A stretch of DNA of 32,000 nucleotides from Candidatus Saganbacteria bacterium (GTDB taxonomy: Bacteria > Margulisbacteria > WOR-1 > JAKLHX01), in contig JAPLKZ010000007.1 of the NCBI GenBank assembly GCA_026387835.1, forward strand, positions 5,284 to 37,283. The letters run 5' to 3'. The position numbers and the translations under genes are program-made. Below the pieces are notes generated by a model that saw only the letters and a list, made by a program, of their open reading frames with translations, was not told where the DNA came from and made no database searches. How positions within the stretch are numbered: position 1 is the stretch's first letter; each line of letters starts with the position of its first letter. Below, piece by piece: positions 26,761 through 32,000 of this stretch.

Positions 26761-28836
26761 ATGCAGCAAAAATTGGATACTCCGGTCCAGTACCTCAAAG
26801 GCGTAGGGCCGCATATCGCAAAGCTTCTTTCAAAGGTAGGGGTCAAGACGGTCAACGACCTGATATTTTATTTTCCCCGTGACTGGGAAGACAGGCGCAA
26901 TATTATGCCGGTCTCAAATATTAAGGTCGGAGAGGATTGCCTGATAAAAGGAAGGCTCGGGGGAGCAGTCTTACAGAGGACAAAGAACAGGTTCGCGATA
27001 GTCAAAGCCATTATCAGCGATGACACGGGTTCAGTATGCGCGGCATGGTTCAACCAGCAGTTCCTTAAAAAGACTTTCGATAAAAATAAAGGCAAAAAGA
27101 TATTCATCGCGGGGAAGGCGGAGATGAACGGTTATTCAGGCGGGATGGAGATCGCGGTCAGGGATTTCGAGGTGCTTGAAGAGAACGAAAAAGAAGATGA
27201 CAGAATAGTCCCGGTATATCCTCTGACAGCAGGGCTTTACCAGAAAAGGCTCAGAAGGATCACAAAAACGATGTTGCCGGAATATGTTCCCGGAATTGAA
27301 GACCCTCTGCCGGATGAAATACAAAGACAATGCCGTCTTATCCCGATAAAAGCGGCGATCTCAGGGCTCCATTTTCCACTTAGCTTTGATGATGTTCATT
27401 CAGCAAGAAGAAGACTGGCGTTTGACGATCTTTTTATGATGCAGCTGGTCCTGGCGCTGCGCAGAAAACAGGTAAGGGTCGAAGGTAAAGGGATCGAATT
27501 CAAAATAGACCCTGTCTGGCTGGCAGCATTTGAGAAGACGCTGCCTTTCGAGCTTACAGGAGCCCAGAAAAAGGTCATCGAAGCGATAAAACTTGATATG
27601 TCCTCTCAAAAAGCGATGAACCGCCTGCTCCAGGGTGATGTAGGTTCCGGGAAAACGATCGTTGCCGTCGAAGCCGCGATAATAGCCGTAAAGAACGGAT
27701 ATCAGGCCGCGATAATGGCTCCGACGGAGATCCTCGCGCAGCAGCATTTTCAAAAGATCAGCAAATATGTCGAGCCGCTCGGTATCCCGGTGCTGCTTCT
27801 TACCGGAGGAGATAAAGCTTTAAATAAGAAAAAAATAAGGCAGTCATTCATGACGACAGAGGCGTGCATAGCGGTCGGGACACATGCCCTGATCTCGGAA
27901 GGAGTGGAGTTCTCAAATCTCGGCCTTGCGGTCATCGATGAACAGCACAGGTTCGGCGTCATCGAAAGATCAAAACTGAAGCAGAAAGGCCTGACGCCTG
28001 ATCTTCTTGTGATGACGGCTACTCCGATCCCGAGGACCCTTGCTCTGACCCTTTACGGTGATCTGGACAGGTCAAATATCGACGAGATGCCGCCGGGGCG
28101 CACACCGGCCATAACAAAATTCGTCGGCGGAAAGAACAGGCAGCAGATGCAGGAATTCATGAGGCAGAAAATAAACGAGGGGCAGCAGGTCTTTGTGGTG
28201 TGCCCTTTGATCGAAGAATCAGAGAAGTCAGACCTTGCTGCCGCTAAAGAGACTTCAAAAGGGCTGCAGACAATATTTCCGGAGTTTTGTGTCGGGCTTC
28301 TTCACGGGAAAATGAAGACCGCGGAAAAAGACGCTGTAATGCAGGATTTCAAGAATAACAAGATCCGTATCCTGGTCTCGACTACTGTCATCGAAGTAGG
28401 CATCGATATCCCGAACGCGTCGGTAATGGCCATAGAGCACGTCGAGCGCTTCGGCCTTTCACAGCTCCATCAGCTTCGCGGACGCATTGGAAGGGGGGCC
28501 GCGCAGTCATATTGTTTCCTTTTGGGAAATCCGGGCACGTATGAAGGCAAAGAAAGAGTGAGGACCATGGTCGAGACAACGGACGGTTTCAAAATTGCGG
28601 AAGCGGACCTCCGCCTCCGCGGGCCGGGGGAATTTCTCGGCATCAGGCAATCGGGCCTGCCCGAGTTCCGAGTTGCTGATATCATCAGGGATGAAGAGAT
28701 ACTAAAGGAAGCAAGAAAGATCGCTTTTGACCTCGTGTTGAAGGACCCGAAACTGGAGATGGAAGAACATATTCCTTTAAGGAAAGAACTGGACAGGAGA
28801 TTTTCGGAATTTATCGATAAGGATGTATTCAATTGA
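26761..28836 (+). CDS. recG: ATP-dependent DNA helicase RecG
   Basis: [89 protein letters not shown]. Confidence 0.98.
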   Translation: MQQKLDTPVQYLKGVGPHIAKLLSKVGVKTVNDLIFYFPRDWEDRRNIMPVSNIKVGEDCLIKGRLGGAVLQRTKNRFAIVKAIISDDTGSVCAAWFNQQFLKKTFDKNKGKKIFIAGKAEMNGYSGGMEIAVRDFEVLEENEKEDDRIVPVYPLTAGLYQKRLRRITKTMLPEYVPGIEDPLPDEIQRQCRLIPIKAAISGLHFPLSFDDVHSARRRLAFDDLFMMQLVLALRRKQVRVEGKGIEFKIDPVWLAAFEKTLPFELTGAQKKVIEAIKLDMSSQKAMNRLLQGDVGSGKTIVAVEAAIIAVKNGYQAAIMAPTEILAQQHFQKISKYVEPLGIPVLLLTGGDKALNKKKIRQSFMTTEACIAVGTHALISEGVEFSNLGLAVIDEQHRFGVIERSKLKQKGLTPDLLVMTATPIPRTLALTLYGDLDRSNIDEMPPGRTPAITKFVGGKNRQQMQEFMRQKINEGQQVFVVCPLIEESEKSDLAAAKETSKGLQTIFPEFCVGLLHGKMKTAEKDAVMQDFKNNKIRILVSTTVIEVGIDIPNASVMAIEHVERFGLSQLHQLRGRIGRGAAQSYCFLLGNPGTYEGKERVRTMVETTDGFKIAEADLRLRGPGEFLGIRQSGLPEFRVADIIRDEEILKEARKIAFDLVLKDPKLEMEEHIPLRKELDRRFSEFIDKDVFN

Positions 28837-29390
28837 GAGTAATATCAGGCTCCGCAAAAGGAAAAAAATTAAAGTTCCCCAAAAAAGCGTCGAAAGTGCG
28901 TCCGCTTTCGGACTTCGCGAAAGAAGCGCTTTTTAATATTCTCGCGGGCAGGGTCGAAGGCGCATATTTTCTTGATCTTTTCGCGGGCACCGGCCAGGTG
29001 GGGATCGAGGCCCTGAGCAGGGGCGCAAAGCTTGCTATCTTTGTCGAAACGGACAGGAATGCCGTTTCAGTTATCAGGGAAAACCTTGAACTTACCGGAT
29101 TTTCCGGTTGTGCTGAAATATTTTCAATAGACGCGGTCAAAGGGGTTTCCGTCTTAGACAAAAATAAGGCAAAATTCGACATTATATTTATCGGAGCCCC
29201 GTACGGCTTTGATATTCTTGAAAAAACATTGGAAAAGATCGCAAAAAGTGATATATTAAAGGAAAATACCGTGGTGATCGCCGAACACAGTAAAAGGCAT
29301 GTCCTGCCGGACAGCTATGAAGGGCTTATAAGGAACAGGCAGGAAAAGTACGGCGATACGGTGTTCTCGTTTTACGGAGGCGGCAAATGA
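28833..29390 (+). CDS. rsmD: 16S rRNA (guanine966-N2)-methyltransferase
   Basis: [68 protein letters not shown] start overlaps the recG stop. Confidence 0.93.
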   Translation: MRVISGSAKGKKLKFPKKASKVRPLSDFAKEALFNILAGRVEGAYFLDLFAGTGQVGIEALSRGAKLAIFVETDRNAVSVIRENLELTGFSGCAEIFSIDAVKGVSVLDKNKAKFDIIFIGAPYGFDILEKTLEKIAKSDILKENTVVIAEHSKRHVLPDSYEGLIRNRQEKYGDTVFSFYGGGK

Positions 29391-29872
29391 AGATCGCGGT
29401 CTATCCGGGCAGTTTTGATCCGATAACTAACGGACATCTTGATATTATCGAACGCGCCATGAAGATATTTGACAAAATATTTATCGCGGTGCTGCGGAAC
29501 CCGGAAAAGAAACAGCATTTCAACCTTGAAGACAGGCTTGAGATGACAAAGGAAGCGGTCAAGAGCATCGCCGGCGTCGAGGTGGAAAGTTTTGAAGGCC
29601 TTCTGGTGGATTACGCGGTGCAGAAAAAAGCCTGCGCGATAATAAGGGGACTGAGAGCGGTCTCGGACTTCGAATATGAGTTCCAGCTGGCGCTGACCAA
29701 CGCGCATTTAAAACCGGAGATCGAAACGGTGTTCCTGATGACCGGGTCCAGATATTCATACTTAAGCTCAAGCCTCGTTCTCCAGATATCTTCTCTCGGG
29801 GGCGACATAAGCGATTTTGTCCCCGATACTGTGAACAAAAAAATCAAAGGGGGAATAAAATGGAAATATTAG
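29387..29872 (+). CDS. coaD: phosphopantetheine adenylyltransferase
   Basis: [75 protein letters not shown]. Confidence 0.98.
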   Translation: MKIAVYPGSFDPITNGHLDIIERAMKIFDKIFIAVLRNPEKKQHFNLEDRLEMTKEAVKSIAGVEVESFEGLLVDYAVQKKACAIIRGLRAVSDFEYEFQLALTNAHLKPEIETVFLMTGSRYSYLSSSLVLQISSLGGDISDFVPDTVNKKIKGGIKWKY

Positions 29873-30360
29873 GCCTGATCGACACTCTGGAATCGGTGAT
29901 CTGCGACAGTATAAAGATCCCTTTTACGGGGAAGACGATAGTGAACGAATCGGACATCCTGTCGATAATAGATAAGATGAGGCTGGTGCTGCAGAGCGGG
30001 GAAGGTTTTAGCAGGACAAAGATCGCCACAAAAGCCGGCGAGATGATGCTGCACGCGAAGCCGCATGAGGGTGCCGACGGCGCAAAAGCCGCACCGGCGG
30101 ACAATCCCGACGGAAAAGCGGCCGAAATAATCCAGCAGGCGTACCAGGTCTCAAAAGAGATCAGGGCGGGCGCGGACAGATACGCGGATGATGTCCTGGC
30201 GACGCTTGAAGCCACAACCGGCAGGATAATAAGGACGGTAAAGAACGGCAGGGTAAGGCTGAACAAAACAAACCCTTCGGACTCGCAGTATCAGGGCGCT
30301 TCCAGAGAACCGGTCCCGGAAATATTCACGCAGATCGACGCGCTGGAGACAAAGACTTGA
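29860..30360 (+). CDS. conserved hypothetical protein, DivIVA/ATP-synthase-B-like coiled-coil type
   Basis: N-terminal LIDTLESVICDSIKIPFTGKTIVNESDILSIIDKMRLVL, then helical region AAEIIQQAYQVSKEIRAGADRYADDVLATLE. Overlaps coaD. Confidence 0.7.
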   Translation: MEILGLIDTLESVICDSIKIPFTGKTIVNESDILSIIDKMRLVLQSGEGFSRTKIATKAGEMMLHAKPHEGADGAKAAPADNPDGKAAEIIQQAYQVSKEIRAGADRYADDVLATLEATTGRIIRTVKNGRVRLNKTNPSDSQYQGASREPVPEIFTQIDALETKT

Positions 30361-30379
30361 CACAAAAGGAAACTCTCTC

Positions 30380-31444
30380 TTGAAAGCCTTGATATTATCC
30401 GGCGGCGCGGGCACAAGGCTGCGTCCGCTAACGCACACGAACGCGAAACAACTGATCCCCATCGCGAATAAACCCATAATATTTTACGGTATCGAAGCGA
30501 TAGCCCGCGCCGGGATAAAAAATCTTGCGATAATCGTCGGAGATACGGCCGAAGATGTGATGAGAGAGGTCGGGGACGGCAGCCGCTGGGGCATAAGGAT
30601 CACCTATATAAGACAGGAAGCTCCTCTCGGCCTGGCGCACGCGGTGAAGATATCCCGGGATTTCATGAAGGACGATCCTTTCATAATGTACCTCGGGGAC
30701 AATATCCTGAAAGAAGACCTGAACGAGTTCGTGAACAAGTTCAATAATAACAAGCCGAATTCGCTGATCCTTCTGACAAAAGTGCCCAACCCCGAGCATT
30801 TCGGGGTCGCGGAGATCGATAAGGACGGCAACGTATTAAAACTTGTTGAAAAACCGAAACAGCCAAAAAGCGACCTTGCTCTTGTCGGGGTATACCTGTT
30901 CGATAAAAATATTTTCAAGGCCGTAAATTCCATAAGACCGTCGGCGAGGGGAGAGCTCGAGATAACCGACGCGATCCAATGGCTGATGGATAACGGGTTT
31001 AAAGTCGAGCATCACCGCGTCACGGGATGGTGGAAGGACACAGGAAAACCTTCGGACATCATCGAAGCGAACCGTCTTATTCTTGAGATGGCGGAAAGCA
31101 AAATATCCGGAAGCATCGATGAAAAAACCAAGGTAAACGGTGTAATAATTTTGGGTGCCGGCGCCAGCATAACCGGCAGCAGGATAAACGGACCGGTCGT
31201 GATCGGTGAAAATGTCAGGATCATTAACTCTTCGATAGGCCCGAACGTTTCGATAGCGTCCAATACGGTAGTAGAAAACAGTTCGGTCGAGAACAGTATA
31301 ATACTTGAAGAATGCAAAATAATAAATATAAAAAACCCGATATCGCAGAGCATACTCGGGAGAGGCGTTTCTATCGTTTGCCGGGAAGGCAAAAAAAATG
31401 TTGCTATTTTGGGCGATAGAAGTGATATAATATTGGCGAATTGA
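30380..31444 (+). CDS. rmlA: glucose-1-phosphate thymidylyltransferase, long form with left-handed beta-helix C-terminus
   Basis: MKALILSGGAGTRLRPLTHTNAKQLIPIANKPI (TTG start), C-terminal hexapeptide repeats INGPVVIGENVRIINSSIGPNVSI. Confidence 0.88.
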   Translation: MKALILSGGAGTRLRPLTHTNAKQLIPIANKPIIFYGIEAIARAGIKNLAIIVGDTAEDVMREVGDGSRWGIRITYIRQEAPLGLAHAVKISRDFMKDDPFIMYLGDNILKEDLNEFVNKFNNNKPNSLILLTKVPNPEHFGVAEIDKDGNVLKLVEKPKQPKSDLALVGVYLFDKNIFKAVNSIRPSARGELEITDAIQWLMDNGFKVEHHRVTGWWKDTGKPSDIIEANRLILEMAESKISGSIDEKTKVNGVIILGAGASITGSRINGPVVIGENVRIINSSIGPNVSIASNTVVENSSVENSIILEECKIINIKNPISQSILGRGVSIVCREGKKNVAILGDRSDIILAN

Positions 31445-31453
31445 TATATATAA

Positions 31454-31492
31454 TTTATAACGGAGCGGGTTCGGGACCCTGTACGTTATAAA
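31454..31492 (+). other. hairpin in rmlA to epimerase-like gene intergenic region
   Basis: Perfect 9-bp outer repeat TTTATAACG (31454-31462) and CGTTATAAA (31484-31492), with inner GGGT/ACCC stem. Confidence 0.45.
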
Positions 31493-31516
31493 AATATAAT
31501 TATTTAGGAGATAAAT

Positions 31517-31972
31517 ATGATCGAGGGCGTCGAAACCAAAAAACTGAAAGTGATCCCCGATGAAAGAGGCCGATTGATGGAGATGCTGAGGAGCGATGAG
31601 CCGATATTTCAAAAATTCGGGCAGGTCTATATGACCACGGCATATCCCGGCGTTGTAAAAGGGTGGCATTACCATAAAAAACAATCCGACAATATGGTCG
31701 TAGTATCCGGGACGATGAAAATAGTCCTTTTTGACTCGAGGAGCGATTCAAAGACAAAAGGCGAGGTCAACGAGTTCTTTTTGGGGGATCACAACCCCTG
31801 TCTTCTCCGTATCCCGCCGTACGTCTATCACGGGTTCAAATGCGTAAGCGAAAAAGAGGCCATGGTGATAAACATTCCCACGGAAATGTATGATCACAAA
31901 GATCCTGACGAGTTCAGGGTTGACCCGCACAAGAATGATATCCCGTATAAATGGGACAGGAAGGACGGATAA
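31517..31972 (+). CDS. dTDP-4-dehydrorhamnose 3,5-epimerase-like cupin protein
   Basis: KLKVIPDERGRLMEMLRSDEPIFQKFGQVYMTTAYPGVVKGWHYHKKQSDNMVVVSGTMKIVLFD. SD TTAGGAG. Confidence 0.85.
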   Translation: MIEGVETKKLKVIPDERGRLMEMLRSDEPIFQKFGQVYMTTAYPGVVKGWHYHKKQSDNMVVVSGTMKIVLFDSRSDSKTKGEVNEFFLGDHNPCLLRIPPYVYHGFKCVSEKEAMVINIPTEMYDHKDPDEFRVDPHKNDIPYKWDRKDG

Positions 31973-32000
31973 ATGAAACGGGTATTGGTCACCGGCGGGG
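31973..32000 (+). CDS. start of NAD-dependent epimerase/dehydratase-like gene, truncated by window end
   Basis: ATGAAACGGGTATTGGTCACCGGCGGGG encodes MKRVLVTGG, a Rossmann glycine-rich start. Confidence 0.6.

Noticed and set aside
30836-31684. Long minus-strand ORF (282 aa) antisense to rmlA and the epimerase-like gene
   Set aside because: It overlaps two well-supported plus-strand genes, has a tyrosine/phenylalanine-rich translation typical of shadow ORFs, and has no recognisable domain.
1-32000. CRISPR array, toxin-antitoxin pair, restriction-modification or retron-like system
   Set aside because: No regularly spaced direct repeats, no reverse transcriptase, methyltransferase/endonuclease pair or small paired ORFs with defence motifs were recognised in any frame provided.

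Overview
This 32 kb window is dense, mostly plus-strand bacterial DNA (taxon not determined; the gene content fits an uncultivated lineage that uses GH57 glycogen enzymes). It encodes: (i) a glycogen/alpha-glucan cluster of glgA, three GH57-type proteins, a GalT-family nucleotidyltransferase, a DUF4912 protein and a nucleotidyltransferase-phosphomutase fusion, with an EF-G-like GTPase inside it; (ii) a housekeeping block of uvrB, dapA, ribonuclease J, a hydantoinase/oxoprolinase-family protein, a FliJ-like protein, rpmB, recG, rsmD and coaD; (iii) the start of a dTDP-sugar type cluster; (iv) one intact tRNA-Leu(UAG). I see no clear new defence system, CRISPR array or large mobile element. The most interesting non-coding signals are a 46-bp palindrome inserted in the D-loop position of a truncated tRNA-Leu 5' copy, a perfect 12-bp-stem palindrome inside the hydantoinase-family ORF, a MITE-like AT-rich inverted-repeat element before uvrB, and extended -10 promoters placed so that uvrB and recG would be leaderless. 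The most interesting coding signals are a GalT-family protein with an HSHSQ active-site motif beside glycogen genes, and a phosphomutase domain lacking a TASHNP motif. All calls are from reading the sequence only. No database search was run.
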